Below are positions 37,692 through 50,598 of a stretch of DNA of 64,000 nucleotides, piece by piece (position 1 is the stretch's first letter; the number at the start of each line of letters is the position of its first letter). Below the pieces are notes generated by a model. It worked only from the letters and a program-made list of their open reading frames with translations. It made no database searches and was not told the DNA's origin. The DNA is from Felis catus (Eukaryota). The stretch spans positions 49,168,001-49,232,000 of the forward strand of contig NC_058382.1 of assembly GCF_018350175.1 (NCBI RefSeq), in the 5' to 3' direction. A program made the position numbers and the translations under genes.

Positions 37692-40600
37692 CACTGGGGA
37701 AGTAATGTTCGTAAAAAGTATCAGCAAAGGAGAGAAAACATGCCAGGTAGCCGATATAATCACATCTAAGTCTTCTAGATGTTCTGTTTAAGATCATTCT
37801 CGGCAAAACTGAAAATCTTCAAGAGATTTTAGTTACTTATTTTAGGTCAGAAGGGTTCGGCCATCAACTTTTTCCCTCCGTAACAAGTACTTATAAAACT
37901 AGCTTTCCGGCTTACCCTTTACAAATGTGAAGGCATGTGATCACAGATGTTTCTAAAGCAGAAACATCTAGGAAATAAGAGGGTTGAACTACTGTATCTG
38001 AAAGTAATTTCCCAGACCTCCTGCAGTTCTTTGTCATGACCTGAAAACAGAGATTTACCAAAACAAATGCACAGAACGCTACATCTGATTTTAGTGGGCA
38101 ATATTCATCTTTCACAGCACCAAGTTACAAAGGATAAACAGAAAAAGGACATTTTTACACTTGCAAAATTAACTCAATACTAACTCAAAACAGAAATTTA
38201 CCTAATTTTTCCAAAAAAGGCTGAGCAAACCTGATTTACTTCATCCTTGCCATTATTTTTGTTTCCCCTCTCTAATGCCATTTGTTAGCCCATTTAACAA
38301 ATGTTTATTCAGTGCCTGTCATGTCCCTTTCCTTATTTGGTTCTTGTCTCTAATTCCACTATGTTAATCCATTCAAGAAATATTAAGCACCTGTTAAGTA
38401 GTCAGATCCCCCATAGAGGCAATGACAGGATAAAACTGTGTAAAGGATAAAATTCTGTCACAGAGTTTACATTCTAGCAAACACGAGAATAATCAAATAA
38501 ATGTGGAAATTATACATGGTGATATTTGGTTTTGGGAGGAGTCGCGGATTACCATTTTAGATGCTCTTTCAGAAAGACTGAAAATTGAGCCCAGGCATGA
38601 AGGACTAAAAGAAGCTGGCCATAGGAAGAGCCAAAGAAGAGTTTCAGAAGGAAAACAGTACACAGCTCCCTGATGAGCATGGGTTTGGTAAAACAGAAAC
38701 CAGACAGATGTAATGAACACAGTAATGAAGAGTGCAAGTATGGGATGAGGTTGATGAGGCCAAACACTAGCACTAAAAGCTTTGGTAAGGAGTTTCTTTT
38801 CTTTCTTTCTTTCTTTTTCTTTATTTGAAAGAGAGAGAGCGTGCACATGCACTAGCAGGGCAGAGTGGGAGAGAGAGAGAATATCAAGCAGGCTCTACGG
38901 TCAGTATGGAGCCCGACACGGGGCTTGATCTCACAACCCTGGGAACATGACCTGAGCTGAAATCAACAGTCAAGAGTCACCCGGGCGCCCCAGGAGTTTC
39001 TTTTATGTTAGGAATGGACTGTAGGGGGAGCAAGATTGCAAGTAAGCTAAGCCGTTTACAGACTACTTGTGGGAGTGCAAACTAGTGGTCCAGAAGCTTG
39101 GGCAAGAGTGGTAGCAGCGGAGATGGAAAGTAGTAGACAGCTGTAAGAACTGTCAGCATAGACATGTCACTTAAAATCATAGATTAAACTACCTAAGAAG
39201 GAAAGGGAGAGAAGAAAAGTGGGCCAAGGATTCAAAACCGAGAGGTTAACATTAAAAGGATAAGTTACAGGACAAGAGCGCAGAACAAAGGCTGTGAAGG
39301 AGGAGAAAACCTGGTAGAGCATGACGTCTCGGTCTTGGAAGAATGTTTCAAGGAGGGAATGGTCAAGTGTGTCTAGCGCAGAAGAATGGTCACTAGATTT
39401 AACAATGTAGCGAGGACACATAACCTAGAAAAGAGCAGTTTCCGCACAGCGAGGGGGCCCGAGGCCACACTGGGGTGGGCCAAGTAAGTAGATGGAATAC
39501 AATACACATGCTGGATGAAGCACACGTATCTTTCTTTTTCTAGTCATTCCTGAAAACCCATTAACATGACAACTCCCCCCAACTGCATTAGAGAAAGGAT
39601 AAAGGATAAATCACAAAGACAAAGCAAATTCAAACAGGGCATGAGACAATGCAATTTTTGCTAGAACTGGTAACTTCTTAGTAGAGCTGAAAAGATGAAG
39701 CCCAAATGACTGCAAAGAGGGGGTTACTGTGTGCTACAGAGAAGCAAGCGGACTCCCACCGAGGGGACTGCAGAAACCAGGCAACACAGAGGACAGTGTT
39801 GAACGTGGAGCTGAAGAACAGGACTGGTTGAAAGCCTGTCTCAAACGAACAAAAGCCAGCCAAACACACACCTCCTCCACCTCTGCTGTAGGAAGCTGGA
39901 GGTTTGTACCAGACAGGCTTAAGACCAGCATGGGTGACAGCAAAGCAGTGAAAATAAGCAGTTAAGTGCAAGTCTACAAACTGAACAGTGTGAGACTCTC
40001 CCAACTCTTCTCCTCACTTTTTCCCCCTGCACAAATCCGGGACACAATATTCTGGTTTATATACGTCCTCTACCTAAAGCAGGAAATTAGAGGACTCTTC
40101 TCTAGAAAAAAAAAAACCAACCTAAAAATACTGACAGTTGTGAATCCCCAAGAAAATGGGTGAGGCTCTGTCCCTCTATCTAACAGTAAAAGCCTACTAC
40201 CTGATAGCTTGACAGGGTTCAGCCACTCATATAAAGCTTCCAAACAGCCTCAAGGGGGAGGGCAGGGGCTCTCCTTAAAAAGGAACTAATAGCCAAGGAC
40301 CAACTGACATTTTGAGTAAAGCCTCCAAAATGAGGGAGAGACCAGAGCAGACAAACAAAAAACTTGGAGGGAAGAAAGGAAATTAATGCAAGAAACTGTA
40401 AAAAACAAAACAAAAACCAAAAACATATACAAACAAAAACAAAACAAAACAAAAAACTCCTCAAACTTACAAGAAAAGAATACCAGGGAGGAAAAAAGGA
40501 CACATTGGAAAACAAGGAAGAGCTCTGGGAAATGAAAAATGACAGATGACAGCCAAAATAAAATATTTAATACAAGGATCGGAAAAAGTCGAGGAACTCT

Positions 40601-41959
40601 TTCAGAAAGTAGAATAAAAGATGATCAAAAAAAGACAGTAATAAAATAAAAATGTTAAGCCAGGATATTTCATTACCTTTAGTCCTGGAAAGAGAACTCA
40701 GAAAGTGGAGAAGAAACTAAAACAGGTTATAGAGGAATCCACTATAATGCCATTTTTAGGATAATGAAAAACATGAAAAATCATGCTACTATCTGGACTT
40801 ATACAACTGTAGTACAAAACAAACCTGGGCATGAAAAATAACAAATTCAGGAAGAGAGTTCCGAGGTTCTCATGGGCTTCAACTCTATATATGTATGTAT
40901 GTATGTGTGTGTGTGTGTGTCTATATATATACCTTTTTTTATTTCTTAAAAAAGAAAAAGAAAAAAGAAAAGGATGCAATTACAGCAAAAGGTTTGTTAG
41001 ATCCAGATGGTGTGTGCACAGGTTTTTATTTTTTATTATTCTCCCTACATATCAGTATGATTAAATATTAGAAATGAAGTTTCTTCCCACCTTATGTCAG
41101 TTTTCATTTAAGAGCAACCAGTTTTCATTAGAACAGCAAAGCAGACAGCTGAATCCAACCGATTCATTACGGTATACACCGCAGCAACAAGTACACAGCA
41201 GGTGCTAAATACCTACTGAATTATCCACACACCTAGCGGCAGTCTGGAGCAAAGCTTCCCAACCACTGCGGGGAAATATACATCCTCCAGCCCAGGACTA
41301 TGTCAGGAGTGACCAGAGCCAAAAAGCCACCCCAAGCCTTGAGCTGCCTTGTCCTGGACCTCGGCATGCCATACAAATGCCATTTTCTATGTGTGGCGTT
41401 TAAGTGGACGCTTAAGACGTTAATTTTCCACTTGTCATCTTTCCAAACTTTGTTACTCAGATGTAAGTCTGTAACAGGTGGGACGATGGCCGCCAATTAC
41501 AGGATAAGGGGCCGAGGCATGCAGTCTAGCCTATGTGGTTCAAATCCCCGTACTACCTGTGGCACCTTAGGCCGGTTTCCTAGCCTCTCTGTTCAACTTG
41601 TTCATTTCTAAAACGGGGAATAAAAATATTTACTTTTTATTTATTTACTGAGTAAATAGTATTTACTGAGCGCCTGGGTGGCTCAGTCGGTTGAGCGTCT
41701 GACTTCGGCTCGGGTCATGATCTCACGGCTCATGAGTTCGAGCCCCCCGAAGGGCTCTGTGCCTGCACAGAGCCTGGAGTCCGCTTCGGATTCTGTGTCT
41801 CCCTCTTTCTCTACCCCTCCCCCGCTCATGCTCTGTCTCTCTCTCAAAAATAAACATTCAAAAAAATTTTTTGTAAGTATTTACGTCACAGTGTCGCTGC
41901 GAAGTAAAGCTGGATAAAACCAAAGAACAGGTTCCTCCGTGAACTTGAAAGTTACGCAA

Positions 41960-42720
41960 GTAACGGGCGCCCAGCGGGAAAGCAATTCTATTTGCACATG
42001 AAGAGCTAGGGGCTCGGCACCCCGGATGGAGAACGGCCGGCGGCGGACTCTTCTCCTGCCTTTCCTGCCTTCACCCCCACCTCCGGCACCTCCCCGGTCA
42101 AGCCAGAAAAAGCGTGGGTTCGGGGCCCTCAACCCCAACCGTTGGGGCCGCCCGGAGCCACCGAACCTCCCTATGCTGCCAGGTTCTGTGCCCGCCCGCA
42201 GCTCCCCTCGTGGGGGCGACCCCAGGCCCTGCAGCCAGGGATCCAGCCCGGGAAGTTATCCTGGAGCCAAGGCCTGGGTAAAGGCAAGTGCTCCCCTTAC
42301 CTAAGGCCGGGGGATACACTGCAGGGCTTGCAAAATCGCTGCGGTGGCGGCCGTTTCTTCGGAAGAACTCGCACACTTCGGGGGCAGCAGCTACTTCCTG
42401 AGCAGCTCAAGCTGCCCGCCCGACTTGCGGGCGCAGCCTGCTCCTATTGGACAGCACTCCTAGACGGCAGCCAATACCCTCTCTTCTTCTTCCGTTGGTC
42501 TCCGCGGGCTGAAAAAGCGGCACTCTCATTGGCTGGTTCTTCATTGGCTTGTTCTTCGTAAACTGACTGCGCGAGGCCACGCGCAAGGGGTCCTTGTACA
42601 ATTGGTAGAAATCTTCGTCCGTCACCTTGTGCCCAGCCCACAAAGAGAAGACTCCAACAAGGGTTTCCCCGCTCTTTATTTGAACTTTCTGGCGGGAGAA
42701 AGTTGTAAAAAGATCCTTCG
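41960..42720 (-). promoter_or_regulatory. RFWD3: RFWD3 CpG-island promoter with CCAAT boxes, E2F-like sites and a CHR-like motif
   Basis: CpG-dense; CCAAT/ATTGG at 42446, 42471, 42528, 42543, 42601; TTTCCCCGC 42664, TTTGAA 42679, TGGCGGGA 42690. Confidence 0.8.
42301..42420 (-). other. RFWD3: RFWD3 non-coding exon 1 (5' end approximate)
   Basis: strong donor TTAG|GTAAGG at 42301/42300 inside the CpG island, directly downstream of a CCAAT cluster. Confidence 0.65.
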
Positions 42721-43899
42721 GATCTTTCTGGAGCCCGATCCGTGGGACAACCCAGCTCATGTATATCCTTTCGTGAGGTTGAAGAGCTCCTGAAAAAGAA
42801 CTTGCTTACACCATCTCTTTAATCCCAAACCATTGCAATAAATTGCTTGCTAATAGTAGCAAACTATTGTAACTAGGTGACTATGGTCACATTATTTGAC
42901 AGCAAACATTTTTTGAGGAATCTTGCTTAAAGTCGAAATCTCACTTTTTAGAAGGAAGACCTAAAAATCTAAACCTCAGGCAGAGACTGCACATTGCCAA
43001 AATTTTATTTACTCAGCTGTCAATTTTCAGTGGAATTGGTGGCAGAGGAGAGCATAAATAATTGAAAGTCATGGATAATCCAATTTTCTCCTCTGAACCT
43101 GTTAACCAAAGTCAGTGTTAGCATTTGTATTTTTTTCGTTTCCTGCCGCCTAAGGGACCTGCTACTGAGCTGTATAGCCTGGCTAATATGAGGAGAAAGA
43201 AATTTGCTTTTGTAAACAAACATAAATGAAAAACGTATGTACTCATATAAATCCTGCATGTTCAATGGAGCAAAATTAGAGGATGCAGAGAAGCAAAAAA
43301 CAAAAATGGTCTCTATCCAGAGAAATCATTATTAACTTTGTTTAAAATCTTCCTTTATCTAAATATATACATTTAGATATAGATGGGATAGTGTTTTAAT
43401 CTTAAAATATATTTTTTGAATTGCTTGCCATGTTAATAAATACATAGGCACATTATTGAATACTGGGTGATTCTTTGAAAAAATTTTAAATAAAAATAGG
43501 TGACATATCACGTGATAAAAAAAATTGGACAACACAAAGAGCTGTTTCGTGAAAAGTATACAGAATGTTTCTAAATGGTTCTGATATTCATTCATGATGC
43601 ACCTGCTGGACTAGCTAGGAGAAAAACAATAAAGACACAAGTCAGAAACTTATAGTCTTGGGCACCTGGGTGGCTCAGTCCATTAACCACCTGACTTGCG
43701 CTCAGGTCATGATCTCACGGTTCGTGAGATGGAGCCCAGCTCACAGCCTGCTTGGGGTTGGTTCTCTCTCTCCCTCTCTCTGCCCTTTCCCTGCTCACGC
43801 TTGCACACGCTCTCTCTCTTAAAATAAATAAACTTAAAAAAAATAAAGTGCAGCACATCCATAAAACTACAATACGCTGCAGAGCTGCAATGCAAGTTG

Positions 43900-45830
43900 G
43901 GAAAAAGAACAATCTCCTTTACCAAATATTGACGACCAGAACAGTGTTGGCCTGCAGTCCTTTTGCTAATTCCCATAGCAAAGAGATAATAGACTTAAAT
44001 GTAAATTCTAAAAACTATAAAACTTCTGCAAGAGAGCAGAAGAAAATATTCCTGACCTTGGGTTAGGTAAAGATTTTTTAGATATGACCCTCAAAAGCAT
44101 GACTCATACGAACAAAAACTGATCAATTGGATCCCATCAAAATTTAAAACTCTGCTCTCCAAAAGACATTGTTTGGAAAATGAAAGATGAACTGCACACA
44201 GGTAGAAAAAATTTGCAAATCATGTATCTGATAAAGGGTTTGTACCCACCATTTATAGAGAACCCTCAAAACTCAATAACTGGCAAAACAAAACAACCCA
44301 ATTTAAAATATGGGCACAAGATTTGAACAGACACTGGGCCAAAGAAGATGTATGGACAACAAGTTAAATGAAAGGATCCTCAACATTATTAGTCATTAAG
44401 GGAATGTAAATTAGAGGCTCAATGACATACCGCCATTATATAATTATTAGAATTGCCAAAATTAAAAATCCTGGCCATACCAAATGTTGGCTAGGATATA
44501 GAGGAACTGGAGCTACACTGCTAGTGGCATGGAAAATTCCACAACTCTTTTGGAAAACAGTTTGACAGTTTCTTAAAAAGTTAAATGTGATCTTATGATC
44601 ACATATAATCCAGCAATTTGTTTTTAGGTTTGTACCCAACAGAAAGGAAAGCATATGGTCAAATAAAGACTTGTATGTGAAAGTTCGTAGCAGCCTTATT
44701 TCTCATAGCCAAAAGCAATAGACAATTCAAATTTTCATCAACAGGTGAATGGATAAAAAATGCGAAATCCATACAATGCAATTGTTTTCAACAGTCAGAA
44801 GGAATGAATTAGCAATACATGCAAGCACGTGGATGAATCTTCAAATAATTATATTGAGTAAAAGAAAGCAAATTTTACACACCGAATGATTTCAGGCACA
44901 TAAAATCTTAAAATGGAAACTAATCTATAGTGGCAGAGAGTAGGTCAGTGGTTGCCTAGGGGGAAAGGGGAGTAGAAGGCAGTGATTACAAAGGAGCATG
45001 AGGACGCTTTGGGAGTTGATGGGTATATTCATTATGTTGATTGCGGTGGTATATACATACATCAAAACTTATCAAATTACATTGGGGGGTCTGGGTGGCC
45101 CAGTTGGTTAAGCCTCCGACTTTGGCTCAGGTCATGATCTCCTGGTTTGTGGGTTCAAGCCCTGCATTGACTCTGTGCTGACAGCTTGGAGCCTAGAGCC
45201 TGCTTTGGATTCTTGTCTCTTCCTCTCTCTGCTCTTCCCCTGCTCACACTCTGTCTCTCCCTAAAAAATAAGTAAACATTAAAGAAAGTTTTAAAAACTT
45301 ACCAAATCACACACTTTTAAGTATTATAGTTTATTGTATGATAATTATACCTCAAAAATGCTGCTAAAAGTCAAGATTGCGGGGCAGGAGTGGATTGTAT
45401 GGGCATAATGGAACTTTCTGGCATGATGATAATGTTTATTATCTTGATGGGGTTTAAGTTACTCATGTGTATACATTTGTGAAAACTCATCACATGGTAT
45501 GTTTAATATTTGTGCATTTCACAACATCGAAAATTTACCTGCCCCCTGCCCCCAAAACGCATAAACAAACATTAAACTCTAGTTCATGATAGAAATGCTG
45601 AAGTGTTTAGAAATGAAGTGTACTGATGCCTGATATTTTCTTTTAAATGCATAAAAAATAAGGATGGGTTAATGGGTATAAAGAGGCATGGTTATAGAGG
45701 TGTGTGATAAATATAGTACATCGTTAGTTGTAGAATTTAGGTGATGAGTACACAGGTGTTTGGAGTGTAACCCCACTGATTTTTTGGTGTATTTGAAAAT
45801 TTTCATAAATAGTGTTGGAGAAAAAAATTA
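43900..45830 (+). mobile_element. Old L1MC-like 3' region upstream of the RFWD3 promoter, with a SINE insertion
   Basis: gacttaaatgtaa, tatctgataaagg, caacaggtgaatggataaa motifs. Confidence 0.75.
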
Positions 45831-46169
45831 GGTACAAGGCCTTAGAGGATGTCCTGTGGAAGAGAGGGACCCAGGAGATTAAGTGTTGTAAGTTTCTTTT
45901 CTTTTTTTTTTATGTTTTATTTCATTTTTGAGAGAGAGAGAGAGTGCAAGTGGAGCAGGGACAGAGAGAGAGAGGGAGGCACAGAATCCAAAGCAGGCTC
46001 TAGGCTCTGAGCTGTCAGCACAGAGCCCAATGCGGGGCTTGAACCCATGAACTGGGGGATCATGACCTGAACCAAAGTCGGAGGCTTAATCGACTGAGCC
46101 ACCCAGGTGCCCCTAAGTGTTGTAAGTTTCACAGTGAATCCACTTCTGCTGTGGGTCTGCCTGAGTATA

Positions 46170-46207
46170 CATAATTAATCTACAAGAAAGACTTCTCATT
46201 GTACCTC
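46170..46207 (-). pseudogene. MLKL: Possible MLKL terminal exon remnant
   Basis: good acceptor tcccttgtctttgctgtag at 46208 in the expected position, but weak protein similarity (GTMRSLSCRL). Confidence 0.25.
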
Positions 46208-47353
46208 CTACAGCAAAGACAAGGGATTTTAAAGATGAAAATTGTAGTACCCGATAAACTCTAGAAAAGAATACTTTTAAATGTTCAGCCTGTCCATATT
46301 TATTCTTCTCCATTTTTTTATTTATAGAAAAAATATGTTCCAGGTTTTTAAAGAAACAAGAATAAGTAAACAGTAAAAAAAAAAAAAAAAAAAAAGAAAT
46401 CAGCCATAATTTTATTCCTCAGAGATGATTACTAGACTATAAGCTCCAAATGTATTTTGTCTATTGTCTCCTCAGTGATCAGAACAATGCCCAGCGCATT
46501 TGCTATTGAATGACTTGGGATGAGTTCTGGGGGGGGGGGGGGGGGGGGGGGGGTGGGGAACAACACGTAGAGGTAAGTGTTAGTGTATCCTAGGTAAAGC
46601 ATACACCATGAGCAAAAGCGTAAAAATTCAGAACAAATGGGCCACATGCAGGAGACACGGGTCTGAGTCCGTCAGGGTTTAAAATTGAGAGCTCTTAGGC
46701 TAACATACTGTGTCCTCTACAACACTAAAATAATTTTTAATAGATGCCAACTTTTAAAAAGATGAAAAATTTACAGAAAAATATGAATTTTCAGCAACTT
46801 TTTTTTTTTTTTTTTTGCATAACAGAAAGCTCTGGAAATATTAGAACCCCTTTCCTATGTGATAAAAATAGGCTGGAGCAGAGTAGAGGCTGTCCTTCTC
46901 TACAAAGTTCATTTGTTTGCTGAAGTCCCCTCCAGGCTCAACTTAACACATTTAGGTTCCCCTCCTAGACTCTTTAGGTAACCAGAGTTTGCAGTCTCTA
47001 GTAGGAGAGCTCTGGGATCTGATACTGGAAGTTAGGTTTGGGTCAGATATACAAGGCCACGGGTATCCACTGAAGAATTCGTACCGATTTCTATGGGCAA
47101 GGGGAAGGATTGAACAGTGTTTGCTCAGTTACTACCCTTTATACTCTGTAGTAACTTTAGTGGAAACACTTCCCCATTCCAGGGATGCTCTCCTCTGTCT
47201 GGAGCTTTGTGGAAGGTCTGAGAGATGTGGATCTAGAATGGGAGGAGACATTCCCAGGGACGGAGATGGTGTGAAGAAACTATGGATAAGCAGCTAATAA
47301 CATGGTGAGATAAAAATCCGAGGAGGAGAAATTATCCCAGGGATACTGGAAAA

Positions 47354-47475
47354 TGGAAGGAAGGAAGGAAGGAAGGAAGGAAGGAAGGAAGGAAAGAAGG
47401 AAGGATGGAAGGAAGAGAGAGAGGGAGGAAAAAAGACAGAGAGAGAGAGAGAAGGGGGGGAAGAGAGAGAGAAAG
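47354..47475. repeat. (GGAA)n/GA-rich low-complexity tract
   Basis: directly visible. Confidence 0.9.
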
Positions 47476-47539
47476 AATATAGGCTGGCGTAAAGTAATCT
47501 GCCTTCTGAACCTACTTTGGACTAAGCAGTGGCCTTAGG

Positions 47540-47745
47540 GCAGGGTTTCTGAATAACACTGATGTTTGGCTGGATAATTCTTTGTTGTAGGGGGCTCTCC
47601 TGTGCACTGTAGGGTGCTAAGCAGTATCTGTCCACTAGATGCCAGTAGCATGCCCCACCCGCCAAATTGTGAAAACCAGCAATGTCTTAAGAGATTGCCA
47701 AATGTCCCCTGAGAAGCAAAACCACCCCTGGTTGTGATCCACAAA
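47540..47745. mobile_element. MER20-like hAT MITE inside a former MLKL intron
   Basis: ggataattctttgttgt...cctgtgcactgtagg...cactagatgccagtagca...aaatgtcccctg. Confidence 0.8.
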
Positions 47746-47811
47746 GGAAATCTTTCACAAATGTGAAATAACACGTGTGGTTCATGCTCTTCAGACCGCA
47801 AAGAACCCCAC

Positions 47812-47949
47812 CTTTAAGAGAGAGCCACCTGGAGGGCTCCCGTGCCTGGGAATCATCAAGGATCTCCTGCAACTGTGAAGGGCAGTCATCACCCAGTGGC
47901 TCCTAGTGCCGGTCCACAGATACCAGCTGGTAAATTTTAGAATCACAGC
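47812..47949 (-). pseudogene. MLKL: MLKL pseudo-exon (penultimate): [44 protein letters not shown]
   Basis: similar to human [45 protein letters not shown]; in-frame TAG at 47905-47903; AG/GT intact. Confidence 0.92.
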
Positions 47950-48196
47950 CTGGCATGGAAACAATGACATGAGAGGTTTAAAAAATTGCTCTGGCACTCA
48001 CATACCTCTCTGGATGCTAATGGCTGGCATCAGAACTAGGGAAGAAACAAGAAACAAGAGCTTCCAGTGACCCCACTGACCAGTCCGGGCAATGCCCACT
48101 TTGAAGAATGGACCTCCCAGGACAGCATTGATGGGAATCTCTAGTCTATTGAAAGGGGAACCCAAACCCATCTGAGCCAGCCTTCACACTGGTTAC

Positions 48197-48246
48197 TTTC
48201 AAACGGGATCTTCCCAGTGACGATTTCCCAGAGGACAATTCTAAAG
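48197..48246 (-). pseudogene. MLKL: MLKL pseudo-exon, kinase subdomain IX: [16 protein letters not shown]
   Basis: similar to human SFGIVLWEIATGDIPFQ; 50 nt; expected acceptor AG reads GG; donor GTAACC. Confidence 0.92.
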
Positions 48247-48463
48247 CCAAAAGAAAACCAAGAAACTGAACAATCATGACGGGTTTCCCTTTTTCCATAC
48301 CTCTCTATTTCCATAAAGCTCTGAATTTTCTCATTACCACCCAGTACCACTCAACAGAGTTGAGTTCTGAGGGTCCTCAGAAGTTTAACTTGGGCTTTCC
48401 CACTCGGTTCACTGAGTTAGAATCTTCACGAGAAGACGGACATAGCTGTATATTTAAGCTTTT

Positions 48464-48677
48464 TTTTTTTTAACTTTTTTAAATTTATTTTTGAGACAGA
48501 GAGAGACAAAGCATGAACGGGGGAGGGGCAGAGAGAGAGGGAGACACAGAATCCGAAACAGGCTCCAGGCTCTGAGCCATCAGCCCAGAGCCCGACGCGG
48601 GGCTCGAACTCACGGACCGAGAGATCGTGACCTGAGCTGAAGTCGGAGGCTTAACCGGCTGAGCCACCCAGGCGCCC
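48464..48677 (-). mobile_element. Young feline SINE inserted at the 3' edge of an MLKL pseudo-exon
   Basis: perfect duplication ctgtatatttaagctttt at 48446-48463 and 48678-48695. Confidence 0.95.
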
Positions 48678-48829
48678 CTGTATATTTAAGCTTTTATGGC
48701 ATATTTATTATACACATTTTCCAGTATCTGAAGTGAGAAGTAGGGTGCAGAATTGACTCTCTTAGCCTTTTTTCTCCCAGTTTCTTAACTGATGGAAGTC
48801 TGTGATTTGCTCACTTGAAATCCTACAGG
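48678..48829 (-). pseudogene. MLKL: MLKL pseudo-exon, activation loop: PVGFQVSKSQTSIS*ETGRKKAKRVNSAPYFSLQILENVYNKYAIKA*IYS
   Basis: similar to human [51 protein letters not shown]; TAA stops at 48787-48785 and 48688-48686; acceptor reads AA, donor reads CT. Confidence 0.92.
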
Positions 48830-49249
48830 TTAGACACCAAGGCGACTTACAGACAGAACGAAATAGCACAATCTTGGGTGGGGGTGGGGGGTAGAGGGCA
48901 GAGGGCTGGTGTTACTCATGACTGTCAGGGAAAAACTACAGGACGTATTTCCACCGGTATCTTCTACCTGGGTGACTACACTAGTAACATTATGGATTCA
49001 ACTTATTATTGGGCAGCAACCAAGAGAAACACAGAGAAGTTTCTTCTGTATAAAATGGGGCAACGCGGATCACTCGAGATAATGGTTATAAAGCACCTGT
49101 AAACTTGGTAAGTTGTAGTTGTCCTCGCATTCCTGTATTAGATACGGGGCTTTCTCAGTTGAGGACTCAACTCCACTAAGTGAGGCTGGACAGGGTGCAC
49201 AGAGCCACCCTATGGCTTGCTTTCTCTCCGAAGCAGGCGAAGACAGAGG

Positions 49250-49597
49250 GTATTACTCTAAAGCGAAGTAAGTCAGAGAAAGACAAATATCCTATGATTT
49301 TGTATGTGGAATTTAAGAAGCAAAACAGATGAACATAGGGGAAGGGAAGGAAAAAAAAGATGGGATAAAAACAGAGAAGGAGGCAAACCATAAGAGACTC
49401 TTAAGTACAGAGAACAAACTGAGATCAAACTCAGGGGTGGGGGATGTGGGTGGGGGCTGGGCTACACAGGTGGTGGGCATCAAGGAGGGCACTTGCTGGG
49501 ATGAGCACTGGGTGTTGTATGTAAGTGAGGAATCACTAAAGTTTATACCCGAAACCAATACTATATGTTAACTAACTTGCATTTAAATTAAAAAAAG
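49250..49597 (+). mobile_element. Carnivore L1 3' end
   Basis: aagtcagagaaagacaaata...gggatgagcactgggtgttgtatgtaag...actaacttg followed by an A tail. Confidence 0.85.
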
Positions 49598-50553
49598 ATG
49601 ATGTGAAGAAACCAATTTTGCATCATGTTAATTAGAGTTTGTTGATTACTATAAAATTGAAAATTGCTGTTCTGCCTTCGCTAAAAAAAAAAAAAATAAA
49701 TAAATAAATAAAAAATCATGCCCCACGTCGGGCTCTGTGCTGACAGCTCAGAGCCCGGAACCTGCTTCGGATTCTGTGTCTCCCTCTCTCTCTCTACCCC
49801 TCCCCTGCTCACACTCTGCCTCTCTCTCTCTCAAAAATAAATAAGCGTTAAAAAAAAATTAAAATTAAAAAAAGCAGCAGGTGAGAAAATGATATGGGGG
49901 CATCCCTCACCCCCTCTGGTCTATCCGACCCTATAGGATGGCCAGCCTCTGCCTTTGGATTTAATATGACAACTGTGAGTTACTCTGTTGGCCCTGCTTG
50001 GTCAACACCGTGACTTTAAAGAAGCCACAGCACAACTGATGTTCCCTTTGCTCCACGCACGCTGGCCATTAGTGCCATGCCTTAGTCCAGAGAACTGCCA
50101 GCCCCAAACTCAGCCAGACACCCAACTCTAGAGGCAAGGTCAGGAAAAGGAGTAGACGCTTAGATGGCTCATTCCCCTTTCACTCACATGTTTACTGAGC
50201 ACTGACGTCCTCTGACATCTAACGCCCCGCTGGATACCGGGGATGAAAGGCTGAGAAGCACATGTTTCAGTCCGGTGAGGACCACGAGAGTGGCACGGGC
50301 ACGGTGTTTGAGAGCACTTATATCCCACTGGCGAGGGGGAAAGGCATCTGAAAGTCAGGAAAGACCTATCTTGTGTTATTTAAGGGCTGTCCCAGGCACT
50401 TGTAAGGCTGGAAGAAAGTCATCTGTGGATGACAAAGAGAATATTCTTCTAGCATTTGGGAATTGTGGACATCGAGTTAACAAAACCTTTTCCTCTTCTG
50501 TAAAAGGATCTTTCAGTTAACTTAAAAAAATTTTTTTTAATGTTTATTTATTT

Positions 50554-50598
<45 letters not shown>

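Noticed and set aside
46528..46553. Long G homopolymer as a functional element
   Set aside because: Isolated simple run of unreliable length with no supporting context
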